From the IMG/VR virus record IMGVR_UViG_3300030099_001508, positions 2,646-66,645 of that record: a DNA stretch of 64,000 nucleotides; one strand, written 5' to 3'. This DNA comes from a virus. The position numbers and the translations under genes were made by a program. The notes under the pieces were generated by a model. That model searched no databases and was not told the DNA's origin. It was given only the letters and a program-made list of their open reading frames with translations. This document shows positions 10,506-20,619 of this stretch, piece after piece (the first letter of the stretch is position 1; the number at the start of each line of letters is the position of its first letter).

Positions 10506-10903
10506 AAACTTTAAAAGAAATGTTATTAGGTGAGAAGGCTCCTATAAAACCCACTAAATCTCCAATGCAAAGAAGAAGAGAGATGGGTAGAAGGATGAAA
10601 CTTCTCGCAAAGAAATCTTCCACAAAACTCAAGAAAAAACGAGCATTGACTCGTAAAAGAGATACTGCTTCTCTTATGAAATCTGCACAGAAAAAGGCAA
10701 AGATGACTGTTATTAAAAAACAGTTAGGGCCTGATGTTAACTATAACGAACTTCCAGTACAAAAAAGAATTCAGATTGACCAGAAGATTACTGCTAAGAA
10801 AGCAAAAGTAATTCAGAAGATGACTAAGAAAATTCTTAGACAGTTAAAAGCTGGAGAGGGTGAGAGAGTTAAAAAAGCAAAACTCGCTCAGCAGGAGAGT
10901 TAG
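10502..10903 (+). CDS. highly basic hypothetical protein
   Basis: K/R-rich; leader MKTLKEMLLGE. Confidence 0.7.
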   Translation: MKTLKEMLLGEKAPIKPTKSPMQRRREMGRRMKLLAKKSSTKLKKKRALTRKRDTASLMKSAQKKAKMTVIKKQLGPDVNYNELPVQKRIQIDQKITAKKAKVIQKMTKKILRQLKAGEGERVKKAKLAQQES

Positions 10904-13252
10904 ATGAAAACATTTAAAGAAGCAAGAGGTGATACTGCTGTATTTACATTTGGTAGATTTAATCCACCTACGACTGGTCACGAAAAACTTATAGACGCAC
11001 TTGCAAAACAACAAGGTAAGAACGCTGGTTCTTTAATGTATGTTTATCCATCTCATTCTCAAGATGCAAAGAAGAATCCACTTCCTCATGCAAGGAAGAT
11101 TGCATACATGAAAAAGATGTTTCGTAAGTATGCAAAAAATATTATCACAAGTAAATCAAGAAACGTATTTGAGATTGCAACAGAACTTCATAATAAAGGA
11201 CACAGAGCCGTTGTTATGGTTGTTGGTTCTGATAGAGTTGCAGAGTTTGATAATCTACTTAACAAATATAATGGTGTAGAAGGTAAACATGGATACTACG
11301 GTTTTGATGATATTAGAGTTGTATCTGCTGGTGACCGTGACCCAGACGCAGAAGGTGTAGAAGGAATGTCTGCATCTAAGATGAGAGCTGCAGCCGCACA
11401 AGGTGACTTTGATTCTTTCAAAATGGGAGTACCTAGAAACTTTGGTGACGCAAAGAAACTGTATGATGATGTTCGTAAGAACATGGGTGTAAGAGAACAA
11501 AACTGGACAGATGAAGAAATCATGAGAGATGCATACATTCGTGGTGAAGTATGGAATGTTGGTGATGTTGTCAAAACAAAACTAGGTGAAGAAGGTACAA
11601 TTATAAGAAAAGGTACAAACTATGTTGTGTTTGAAGATATGCAAAGAGTTTGGTTACATGACCTAGTTGAAGAACCAAAAAAGATTACTAAGACAAAACA
11701 AGCAAAAGGTGAGGTTGGGGATATGAAAGGTACTCAACCAGCGAAGTATTATTCAAAAGATACAGAGGGAGATGAAATGTCTCTTGCAACCAAGAAGGCT
11801 CGTGCAAGACATTTCGCAAAAGGTGATTCAAGAAAACCAGCGCCTGGCGATAAAGGTGCAAAGACTAGACCATCTCAGTATACTAAAAAGTTCAAACAGA
11901 TGTATGGTGAACAAGACAAAGAAAAGAAACCAGCACAATCTGATGTAATGAAAGATAGGGAACAACTTAGAGATTTAGAAGTCAAGAAAAGAATGGCAAC
12001 TCTTCAAGCTAAGATTGCACAAGACCAAGAAAAACTTGCAAAGATGCAGATTGCAGATAAACAAGCAAAAGATAGACAAAAGACTGATGAGAGAAAACTT
12101 ACTGATGGAGAGAAAAGTAAGTTAAAAGATTTAGAGAAAGAAGTTCCAAAGAAAGACTTCATTGACCGCTATGGAAAAGAAGAAGGAGAAGCAATCTATT
12201 ATGCAACTCTGACAAAGATGGCGAAAAAAGAAAGTCTATGGGCGAATATCCACAAGAAGAGACAAAGAATTAAACAAGGTTCTGGTGAACGTATGAGAAA
12301 GAAAGGTGAAAAGGGTGCGCCTACTCCTGCTCAAATGAAACGTGCTAAAGGTGAGTCAAACGAGTCTTATGAGATTGGTAAAGATTATGCAGACCATACA
12401 AAAGAAATTGACCCATATTCTGCACCACAAAATGAAAGGTCTACTCTAAAGAAAGATAAAAAACTTCCTAATCTTATGATACCTAAAAAGGGTAAAGCTG
12501 GTGTAACAAAGTTTATGAAAAGAAAGAATATCAATAAACTTGCAGCTGAAAAAGAATCAGTAGAGTTAGATGAAAAGATTGCTGGTCTTGTAAACAAGTC
12601 AGAGAAAACTGGTGTTCCATATTCAATACTCAAGAAGAGTTATGACAGAGGTATGGCCGCATGGAAGGGTGGACATAGACCAGGCGCTACTCAACAACAA
12701 TGGGCATTTGCAAGAGTGAACTCAATGTTAACTGGTGGTAAAGCAGACCCAGACCTACAGAAACAAATCAAAAAAGGTGGGTATAAAAAGAAAAAGAAAG
12801 CATCAAAGGAATCAGTAGAGGAGTGGTTTTCTTCTGACCAAACCATTAAACTATATCAAGAAAGATATGGTGATGAATGGTTGAAAAAACTAAATAATAC
12901 ATACGAAAAGATGTTATCAAAACTAGACGAGTCTTGTTGTGATGATTGCGATAAATTGTATGACCATGTAATCATGGAAGCAGAATATCAAGGTCGTAAG
13001 GTCAAACTAAATGACCCTTTTAGATTACCAACTGGAAGTAAAAAAAAGTTTGGTGTCTATGTCAAGAATGAAAAGGGTAATATTGTAAAGGTTACTTTTG
13101 GTGACCCAAATATGGGAATTAATCGTGATGACCCAGAGGCAAGAAAGAATTTTCGTGCAAGACACAGTTGTGATGACAACCCTGGGCCTAAGTACAAGGC
13201 AAGATATTGGAGTTGTTACCAATGGCGTGCTGGTGCAAAAGTAGATAACTAA
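10904..13252 (+). CDS. cytidyltransferase/HIGH-family nucleotidyltransferase fused to several small basic modules
   Basis: FTFGRFNPPTTGH, VVGSDR, MSASKMR; then separable modules (SLWANIH..., RGMAAW...WAFARVN, EYQGRKV...YWSC). Confidence 0.8.
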   Translation: MKTFKEARGDTAVFTFGRFNPPTTGHEKLIDALAKQQGKNAGSLMYVYPSHSQDAKKNPLPHARKIAYMKKMFRKYAKNIITSKSRNVFEIATELHNKGHRAVVMVVGSDRVAEFDNLLNKYNGVEGKHGYYGFDDIRVVSAGDRDPDAEGVEGMSASKMRAAAAQGDFDSFKMGVPRNFGDAKKLYDDVRKNMGVREQNWTDEEIMRDAYIRGEVWNVGDVVKTKLGEEGTIIRKGTNYVVFEDMQRVWLHDLVEEPKKITKTKQAKGEVGDMKGTQPAKYYSKDTEGDEMSLATKKARARHFAKGDSRKPAPGDKGAKTRPSQYTKKFKQMYGEQDKEKKPAQSDVMKDREQLRDLEVKKRMATLQAKIAQDQEKLAKMQIADKQAKDRQKTDERKLTDGEKSKLKDLEKEVPKKDFIDRYGKEEGEAIYYATLTKMAKKESLWANIHKKRQRIKQGSGERMRKKGEKGAPTPAQMKRAKGESNESYEIGKDYADHTKEIDPYSAPQNERSTLKKDKKLPNLMIPKKGKAGVTKFMKRKNINKLAAEKESVELDEKIAGLVNKSEKTGVPYSILKKSYDRGMAAWKGGHRPGATQQQWAFARVNSMLTGGKADPDLQKQIKKGGYKKKKKASKESVEEWFSSDQTIKLYQERYGDEWLKKLNNTYEKMLSKLDESCCDDCDKLYDHVIMEAEYQGRKVKLNDPFRLPTGSKKKFGVYVKNEKGNIVKVTFGDPNMGINRDDPEARKNFRARHSCDDNPGPKYKARYWSCYQWRAGAKVDN

Positions 13253-13263
13253 AGGAAAAAACA

Positions 13264-15672
13264 ATGAGTAGATATGCACAACCAATGAGTCAAACTCTTG
13301 CAGAAATGAAGATGAATGACCCTAAACTATTAAAGGTTTTTAATAAACTAAAACCAAAAGCTACTGTAAAAATAAAACACAGTTCCACCTTAGAAAAAGG
13401 TAAAGATTTTATTGAATATATTGTTAAATCAAAAAATACACTAAGGAATGGCGTTGAAAAAATTACACTCGCAAGAAAAGATAGTCCTACAAGTGTAAAG
13501 AGATTTCTTTATAACAGAGATGGTAAAGTAACATTTGCAGTTGGTGATATGGCTGCATCTATTGATGATATCAAAGAGGGATTAGATGAAGGTTATGAGA
13601 GTGAAGTTCTCAAGGTTCTTGATGATGCTGGTATTGATGGATACTTTAGAAACGGTAAACTTTATGTAGATAGAAAAGATGCAAAAGCAGCTAAAGATGC
13701 TTTAGAAGATGCAGATAACATCATGAAACTACCTAAGATGGTAAAAGAAGAAGTAGAAGATTTAGATGAAATGGATATGAAGTATGTCCTAATTAATATG
13801 CATGGTAAAGTCCAAGGATATGCATCTGACAAAAAAGACGCATTAGATATTGCAAGAAGAACTAAGTCAACTATGCATCCTATCAAAAAGAAAATTTCTG
13901 ATAAGACATTAGAAAAGATGAACGCACTTGCAAAGACACCAAAAGAATTAAAAGACTTAGGTATTATTGAAGAGATTGACCCTGCTGATATTGATGACCT
14001 TGCAACTGATGCTGATAAGAAAGCTGCAGATAAAAACATGGTTATGCAAATGAGAAAAGCATTAGATGTAAAAGGTAACATGAAGATTGAATTTGGGGAT
14101 GGTAAAAAAGAAAAAGTAGACCCAAAGATTCTACAGATGATGGTTACTGCACATGGGAAAATCCAGAAACCAAGAGACAAAGAAAAGTTTGTTGCAATGA
14201 TTTCTAAATCCAAAAGAGATATGTTAATGGTTGCAAAAAAACTTGGTACACTTAAAATGGATTTAGATAAAGAAGATGAACCAATTGTCAAGAAGGTTGT
14301 GCAAATGTTGAAGAAAGCAAGTAAAGCACACGCTGGACAGGCAGATGATTTAGATAAGGCAATCAAGGAAACTTTAGATATTAAAGAGGGTACTTGGAAG
14401 TATCCAGATAACGATAAAGAAGTTGCAGCTCTCAAGAAGTTAATGTCTAGACCATTACCGATTGGTAACACAGAAGATGAAAAGATGTATAAAGATTCTG
14501 CATCATCTAAACTTTATAGTCTACTTGGAGATGATGAACTATTTGATGCGTTAGGAGCATTAGAGGATAAAGGTAAAGAAAAAGCAGATGCAAGACCAGT
14601 AATCATTAAATGGTTTCAACAAAGAGTAAAAAATAACCGATATGATTTAGGTGATGAAACTAAGGAACTTGGTAAACAGATTGGTCTAAAAATGGAGTAT
14701 GTTCCAGAAGGTCTTGACGAAGCATTGAAAGGTTTTAAAGTTGAATTTGGTAAAGGTAACACCGCTGGTATGGCAGTGTACAAAGATAAAAAAGATGCAG
14801 AAGCATATGCAAAAAGAGCTCCAAAACCAGTAAAGATTACTCAAGTTACAGTCAAAAATGCAAATATGTTTGATGACCCACAACCAACAAGAAAAGAAGA
14901 AGTTGAACTTGATGAGAAGTATGACTTGTATCATAAAACATTTTCTGATGCAATGCAACACGCATATGATTATGCAAAGAAAAAGTTGGGTATCACAGTA
15001 GACCCAAAAGAGATTGACAATAAAGTCGCAACTGGCCCAAAGAAACCTTCTGAGGGTAAAACAAACAAATATAGACTCAAGGGTAAGGGTGGAAACCTAC
15101 AAATCCAAGTTTACAATAAGGGTGGTTCAAAACCATTTGAGTTGAATATGTATAAAGAGGAGAATGAAATGTCCGATAAATTAACTGGTGGTAACATATC
15201 CTTAAAAGAAACTGTCTTAAAGGTGTGGCAAGAAGCTGCAAAAGATAAAGACGAAGGATTTGCTAGTGATGCACAAAGAAAAGCTGCTTTTGCAAGTGGA
15301 TACAAAGAAAAAGGTAAAAAGAAAGATAAGGAAGAAGGAAATGAATTTTCTGGTGAACTTGATAAGGCAAGAAAAGCTGGAAAGAAAACCTTCAAAGTTG
15401 GTGGTAAAGAGTATCCAGTAAAACCAGCAAAAAAAGAACAGAAAGAAGAATTTTCTACACCAGAGATTGAAAGATATCTTCAAACAAAGACAAATTCTTT
15501 AAGAGATGCAGTTCTTCAAATGTGGGGTGAAGGTGTAAAAGAAGATAAAAAGACCTTGACAAAAGAAAAGAAAAATGGTATAAAAAAAATGACGGATACT
15601 GGAAAAGAGGTAACTCCAGTTGAAACGTCTGTAAAAATGCCTAAAATTAAAGAAACAAATAACAAGGTGTAG
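13264..15672 (+). CDS. large K/E-rich modular protein, possible internal-head polyprotein
   Basis: Modules separated by repeated LDE/IKE/IEE motifs. Confidence 0.65.
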   Translation: MSRYAQPMSQTLAEMKMNDPKLLKVFNKLKPKATVKIKHSSTLEKGKDFIEYIVKSKNTLRNGVEKITLARKDSPTSVKRFLYNRDGKVTFAVGDMAASIDDIKEGLDEGYESEVLKVLDDAGIDGYFRNGKLYVDRKDAKAAKDALEDADNIMKLPKMVKEEVEDLDEMDMKYVLINMHGKVQGYASDKKDALDIARRTKSTMHPIKKKISDKTLEKMNALAKTPKELKDLGIIEEIDPADIDDLATDADKKAADKNMVMQMRKALDVKGNMKIEFGDGKKEKVDPKILQMMVTAHGKIQKPRDKEKFVAMISKSKRDMLMVAKKLGTLKMDLDKEDEPIVKKVVQMLKKASKAHAGQADDLDKAIKETLDIKEGTWKYPDNDKEVAALKKLMSRPLPIGNTEDEKMYKDSASSKLYSLLGDDELFDALGALEDKGKEKADARPVIIKWFQQRVKNNRYDLGDETKELGKQIGLKMEYVPEGLDEALKGFKVEFGKGNTAGMAVYKDKKDAEAYAKRAPKPVKITQVTVKNANMFDDPQPTRKEEVELDEKYDLYHKTFSDAMQHAYDYAKKKLGITVDPKEIDNKVATGPKKPSEGKTNKYRLKGKGGNLQIQVYNKGGSKPFELNMYKEENEMSDKLTGGNISLKETVLKVWQEAAKDKDEGFASDAQRKAAFASGYKEKGKKKDKEEGNEFSGELDKARKAGKKTFKVGGKEYPVKPAKKEQKEEFSTPEIERYLQTKTNSLRDAVLQMWGEGVKEDKKTLTKEKKNGIKKMTDTGKEVTPVETSVKMPKIKETNNKV

Positions 15673-15674
15673 AA

Positions 15675-16229
15675 GTGAAACAATTTTATGATGTATTAAA
15701 TGAAACTAAGTTTGAAGGCTTAGTTAGTATGATGGAGTTGGTTGATGATTTACCAACCATTTACTGTGATATGGATATGGTTCTTTGTGACTTTTTGAAA
15801 GGTGCAAAGGAAGTACTTGGTACTGATTTTCCAAAAGCAGATAAAAGGACTAAATGGCCTATGATATCTGCAAAAAAAGATTTCTGGGTAAGTTTAGAAT
15901 GGATGCCTGGTGCAAAGAAAATGTGGTCTTTTATTAGTAAATATGAACCACATATCTTATCTGCATACTCTACCAAAGATGCAAACTCTAGAAAAGGTAA
16001 GATGAATTGGTTGAGAATAAATGCAAAGTTGACCCAGAAAAGTAGAATTCATCTGGTTATGCGTGAGGATAAACAGAAGTACGCAATGACAACGGATGGT
16101 AAACCTAACCTATTAATAGATGATTATATTAAAAATGTGAATGAATGGAAAGCAAAAGGTGGAATTGGAGTTCATCACACATCTCCTAGTGATACTATTG
16201 CACAATTGAAGAGGTTGGGTTTTAAATAA
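15675..16229 (+). CDS. HAD-family 5'(3')-nucleotidase
   Basis: YCDMDMVLCDF, ILSA, K, LLIDD HAD motifs. Confidence 0.85.
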   Translation: MKQFYDVLNETKFEGLVSMMELVDDLPTIYCDMDMVLCDFLKGAKEVLGTDFPKADKRTKWPMISAKKDFWVSLEWMPGAKKMWSFISKYEPHILSAYSTKDANSRKGKMNWLRINAKLTQKSRIHLVMREDKQKYAMTTDGKPNLLIDDYIKNVNEWKAKGGIGVHHTSPSDTIAQLKRLGFK

Positions 16230-16230
16230 A

Positions 16231-16238
16231 CATAAATA
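16231..16238 (+). promoter_or_regulatory. T4-type late promoter variant
   Basis: CATAAATA before structural gene 16272. Confidence 0.6.
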
Positions 16239-16271
16239 GAGATAGTATATACTAAACTAGGGAGAATTAAA

Positions 16272-17774
16272 ATGAGCTCATGGAGTATGAATGATGGTTC
16301 TGCATTATCTGGTGCTTACACACTTACAAATGCAAGTGCAATAGTACAAGGAAATTCAAGTGCAGATACATCCGAAATTAAAGTGGGTGATATTGTCATT
16401 GATGACAACGGTGATAAAGTAAGGGTTGCTGATATCCAGCCTGCTAGAACTGTTGCAACATCTGCTGTCAATGCATCCAACGACCAAATTACAATTACTG
16501 ACCACGGTTTTGTAGCAAACCAAGAAGTACACTATAAAGCAAATGGTGGAACTGCAATCGCTGGTCTAACAGACGAAACAACTTTCTTTGTTAAGACAGT
16601 TGCAAGTGCAAACGCATTTACATTGTCTGCAACCGAAGGTGGTGCATTAATTGACATCACTGGAACTGGTAACAACGCACAGACTATTTCTGGTACATCA
16701 ACTAAAGCGTTTACCGCTACTTCTGCATTTGGAGAATCTACAAATAGTGGTTCTTCTTGTACAGTAACAAGACCACCAATTAGTGGTGATGGTAGTGTTA
16801 TTGATGCATCTATTTTTGGTATCACATCTGCTGAATCACTTGGTGGTGTAGACAATGTTGCTAGTATTGCAGTGAATGAAGATGGTGCAAGATATGTTCA
16901 AGCACCTACAATTACTGTAGCAGCTCCAACTACAAGAACCATTGCAACTGCAAAAGTTTCAACCACTGATGATACAATCACTGTAGATGCTGGTCACAAT
17001 ATGAGAACTGGTACAAAGTTAACTTATACTTCTGGTGGTACAAATATGACTGTAGGTGGTTCAAACCTTGCAGACGGCACAGCAGTTTTTGTAATCAACA
17101 CTGGTTCAACTACTGCATTTAAGATTGCATCTTCACTTTCAAATGCACAGTCTGGAACTGCATTAGATATTACTGGTGCTGGTAATAACTCACAAACATT
17201 TGTAGGTGATACTGCAACTGCAACAGCGTCTGTTTCTGGTGGAGTAGTAACTGGAATTACAGTATCAGCAGTTGGTTCTGATTATCAATCCGCTCCTGCT
17301 GTAACAGTTGAAGTTCCAAAAATGACTATTCCTACAAGTGCAGTAAACGCTGGTACAAATGTTATCACTTTTGCTGGACATGGTTTATCTGATACAGACC
17401 AAATTACTTACAACCAAGTTGGTGGTGGTACTTTGATGACTAACGTAACTGACGGTCAAACTGTATTCGTAAGAGATAAAACTGATGATACTTTCAAGAT
17501 TGCTGCTACTTCTGGTGGAACTGCAATCAATATCGGAACTGGTCATAACGCACAGACCTTTACAATTGTAACTGATGCAGTTCAAGGCACTGCTGTTGCA
17601 AATCTTGGTCTTGGTGTAGACGGTGATGACGATAGAAGAGAAGTTTCTCATATCGGTTGGGTTAAGAGAACTGTAGGTTCTGGTGGTCGTGCTGGTAGAG
17701 TTCACTATGAAACTCTAGTTGCAGCTTCAAGTATTTCTGGTGATGCAGAGGATATTGCAACCCCAGATAGTTAA
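16272..17774 (+). CDS. virion structural/fibre-like protein with three internal repeats
   Basis: T/A/G/S-rich; three repeats AVxxxxDxIT...H...Y...GG...F. Confidence 0.75.
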   Translation: MSSWSMNDGSALSGAYTLTNASAIVQGNSSADTSEIKVGDIVIDDNGDKVRVADIQPARTVATSAVNASNDQITITDHGFVANQEVHYKANGGTAIAGLTDETTFFVKTVASANAFTLSATEGGALIDITGTGNNAQTISGTSTKAFTATSAFGESTNSGSSCTVTRPPISGDGSVIDASIFGITSAESLGGVDNVASIAVNEDGARYVQAPTITVAAPTTRTIATAKVSTTDDTITVDAGHNMRTGTKLTYTSGGTNMTVGGSNLADGTAVFVINTGSTTAFKIASSLSNAQSGTALDITGAGNNSQTFVGDTATATASVSGGVVTGITVSAVGSDYQSAPAVTVEVPKMTIPTSAVNAGTNVITFAGHGLSDTDQITYNQVGGGTLMTNVTDGQTVFVRDKTDDTFKIAATSGGTAINIGTGHNAQTFTIVTDAVQGTAVANLGLGVDGDDDRREVSHIGWVKRTVGSGGRAGRVHYETLVAASSISGDAEDIATPDS

Positions 17775-17811
17775 TATATAATATTGTAATTTTAAATAAT
17801 GGAGATACATA

Positions 17812-18039
17812 ATGCCTCAATTGACTGAGACTGAAATTAACATTCGTAAGCAAACACTGGAAAGTGACTTACAACAAGTGAAAGAAAGTTTGAATAAACT
17901 TGATACAGAGAGAACAAATTTAGTTGCACAGCACCACGCAATTAGTGGTGCTATACAACAATGCGATTTGTTTTTGAATGATTTAAAAACTGTGGTGTCG
18001 GAATCTACCGACAGTAGCATTCCCAAGAAAAAGGGTTAA
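17812..18039 (+). CDS. small coiled-coil protein
   Basis: Heptad pattern, GGAG RBS. Confidence 0.7.
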   Translation: MPQLTETEINIRKQTLESDLQQVKESLNKLDTERTNLVAQHHAISGAIQQCDLFLNDLKTVVSESTDSSIPKKKG

Positions 18040-18052
18040 TAGGAGAAAATAA

Positions 18053-18523
18053 ATGGCTGATAAAAAGATTACTGCGTTAACAGATTTAGGTAATGCAATC
18101 GCTGGAGAAGATTTACTTCATGTGATTGATGACCCATCTGGTACACCAGTAAATAAAAAGATTAGTATCGCAAACGTCTTTAATAACATTCCAACTTATC
18201 TTGGATTGGACGGTACTGCACAATCAATCACTGGAAGTACAAATGTTAACACGACTGCATCTATCACTTTGTTAGATGGTGCAAGTTTTTCTTCTAGTGC
18301 AACTGGTACTCTTGCAGATGGTACAAATGGACAAGTTAAGATTATTATCATGTCTACTGCACCAACAAGTTCAAGAAGTTACACTTTAACAGTTACCAAC
18401 TGGGGAACAACTGCAAGTAACACTAACCAACTTGTATTTAACGCACTTGGTGAAGCTGTTGTTTGTTTGTTTACTAATAACAAATGGTATGTTGTTGCAA
18501 ATCTAAACGCAACTATTGCCTAA
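18053..18523 (+). CDS. putative virion structural protein
   Basis: [11 protein letters not shown]-terminus typical of fibre-associated proteins; beta-rich. Confidence 0.65.
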   Translation: MADKKITALTDLGNAIAGEDLLHVIDDPSGTPVNKKISIANVFNNIPTYLGLDGTAQSITGSTNVNTTASITLLDGASFSSSATGTLADGTNGQVKIIIMSTAPTSSRSYTLTVTNWGTTASNTNQLVFNALGEAVVCLFTNNKWYVVANLNATIA

Positions 18524-18534
18524 GGAGATAAAGT

Positions 18535-18717
18535 ATGGTTGATAACATTGTATATGGTGCTGGTGGTATTCCTATGGTTAAACAACCTAATGAGGTTGCA
18601 CCAGTGGAAAAAACTGCAGCTCCTAAAAAAGAGAAAAAACAACCTCTTCAAGAAATCTATGGTGAGGGTGAAAAAGACCCAGATGGATTTGATGAGGAAC
18701 ATGGAGATGAAGCATGA
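18535..18717 (+). CDS. small hypothetical protein
   Basis: AGGAG RBS, in operon. Confidence 0.55.
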   Translation: MVDNIVYGAGGIPMVKQPNEVAPVEKTAAPKKEKKQPLQEIYGEGEKDPDGFDEEHGDEA

Positions 18718-19112
18718 AGACGTTTTTAGAATACGCATCTGTCAAAGCACATGATGGTGCTCATATTGATGAAGATGGTAATTTAATGGATTTGACTGAT
18801 GATTCTGTCATTGAAAAACTTAATGCATTTGTTGGTTCTATTGGAATTAAAGAATATTTAAATCCAGAAGCTGCTGTAAATGAATTAAGACAGAAACTAA
18901 TGCGAGTTGGAATTAATTTTGGTGATGTACAATTTACTGGAGAAGAAGGAGAAATTTCTGTACCTCTTGTGAAACATGGTGGAGTTTATGGAAAAGATAC
19001 TGATAGTGCCCCAGAAGAAGTGGTTAACGAATCTGAAAGTGGTAGAAGTATTAATTTCGTATATGAGAAACTTGCAACTGGAACTCACAAGGTATTTGCA
19101 CAAATTTCTTAA
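18714..19112 (+). CDS. hypothetical protein with MKTFLE leader
   Basis: ORF track; IP-like leader. Confidence 0.7.
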   Translation: MKTFLEYASVKAHDGAHIDEDGNLMDLTDDSVIEKLNAFVGSIGIKEYLNPEAAVNELRQKLMRVGINFGDVQFTGEEGEISVPLVKHGGVYGKDTDSAPEEVVNESESGRSINFVYEKLATGTHKVFAQIS

Positions 19113-19475
19113 ATGTTTGAAAAGATAACGACTGATAATGTATTACTGTTTGCACTAAAACATTATGATAATCCACAATGCGAAGGTGAAAAAGAGTTTT
19201 ATGATGACATGAAACGATTTAAGTATATCAAGAGATTACTTAAAAAATATAAAGTTGATGGTGTCATTAAAGAACGCTTATTGTTGAATCATATTATTAT
19301 ATTAAATAATGTATTCGGGCCTGATGCTGCTTCTACTTTATTATTATTTAAAATTGAACCAGAACACTGGCCTCAATTGAAATCTTTTCTTGTATATCTG
19401 AATATGTTACCAGAACAAGAATTGAAAGAAATAGATGATGATGGAAAGATTACAGAAGTTTTAAGGAAACTATAA
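19113..19475 (+). CDS. conserved T4-like hypothetical protein
   Basis: KHYDNPQC...EFYDDMKRFKYIKRL...ERLLLNHII pattern seen in marine myoviruses. Confidence 0.75.
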   Translation: MFEKITTDNVLLFALKHYDNPQCEGEKEFYDDMKRFKYIKRLLKKYKVDGVIKERLLLNHIIILNNVFGPDAASTLLLFKIEPEHWPQLKSFLVYLNMLPEQELKEIDDDGKITEVLRKL

Positions 19476-20110
19476 TGGGTAGAGCGATTGATTTATTTGT
19501 TACTTATAGGTTTATCAAGATACTGGTAACACCTTTTGAGAAACAAGAAGCATATAAACTTGGTGTTATTGATAAGAACGGTAATCGTATTTTACAGCCT
19601 GGCACCAACGTACCTACCATTTTAAATACGATTAAAGAAAAAAATTCGTATACTGTTCTCCATAAATTAGTTTTTAATATTAAAAAGATTTTTGCAAAGG
19701 TGCCTGGTCTAAGAACAAAACTAGGTAGTTATGCAGCTGCATTATTTTTATTAAAAGATACTTTCAAAGAAGATGTTGACCCAAAAATGTGGGAACAAGA
19801 ATTTATGAAGTATCTGAAAGAAAATAATATTGAACTAGATAATACAATATCAGAAGAAGTTACATTAGATGATGGTAAATTACCAAAAGGTATCTATAAA
19901 CTTGCAAATGATATTACATTTGATAAAGAGGATGCAGACAGTCCAGATGCACTAGAAGGTGATGAGGTTCAAGTATTTGAACCAGTTGCACCTACGGATA
20001 CTGTCTTGGGAGTAGAAATATTTCCAGTTATACATATACCAACACAATCAAAAATCTTTGTTAGTGCAGAAGATATAAAAGAAGTTGGAATAGAGGATTT
20101 GGAACTATGA
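19475..20110 (+). CDS. conserved T4-like hypothetical protein
   Basis: DLFVTYRFIKILVTPF...AYKLGVID pattern. Confidence 0.75.
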   Translation: MGRAIDLFVTYRFIKILVTPFEKQEAYKLGVIDKNGNRILQPGTNVPTILNTIKEKNSYTVLHKLVFNIKKIFAKVPGLRTKLGSYAAALFLLKDTFKEDVDPKMWEQEFMKYLKENNIELDNTISEEVTLDDGKLPKGIYKLANDITFDKEDADSPDALEGDEVQVFEPVAPTDTVLGVEIFPVIHIPTQSKIFVSAEDIKEVGIEDLEL

Positions 20111-20616
20111 GTGTAAAATTTAATGACATCATGAAACAGTTTTACGAAGATGAGATGTTGGGTATTCAACAAGAAGATGCACCAGCAAATTCAGTTGCAG
20201 CTGGTGGAGTTGATATGGCACCAAATGCAGTAAGTAAAAAGAAACAAAAAGAAATGCAAAAAAATAAGTATGATGGTCGTACTAAAGAAGCTCGTGCATT
20301 TATGAAAAGAATGTTGGAACTAAAAGCAAAAAGAGAAAGTGCTTTTAGAAAGTCTGTAAAAGAACAGATGGATGATTTTGGTGAAGAATACCTTAATGAA
20401 GCAAATGTAGACATTCTTAGAAAGATTGTTAAAAATAAACAAAATATGCCTGTCAAAATGAAAGACGGTAAAATGAAAGTTGATTTGTTTACTGCGTCTG
20501 CAATCACTCAAGCACTTGATAAAGTAAAACCAGATACCAGAAAAAAAATGGAAGACATCATCAATAACGGTGGTAAATCACAGTTCTTGAGACTTGTAAA
20601 TGTTGTCTTTAAGTGA
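20107..20616 (+). CDS. hypothetical modular protein
   Basis: EDAPANSV, YDGRTKE, YLNE linker, VDLFTASAI module. Confidence 0.7.
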   Translation: MSVKFNDIMKQFYEDEMLGIQQEDAPANSVAAGGVDMAPNAVSKKKQKEMQKNKYDGRTKEARAFMKRMLELKAKRESAFRKSVKEQMDDFGEEYLNEANVDILRKIVKNKQNMPVKMKDGKMKVDLFTASAITQALDKVKPDTRKKMEDIINNGGKSQFLRLVNVVFK

Positions 20617-20619
20617 TGG

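Noticed and set aside
13662-14471. 269-aa minus-strand ORF and the many similar antisense ORFs in the track
   Set aside because: Shadow frames of K/E-rich sense genes (S/F/L-rich, no RBS, no motifs)
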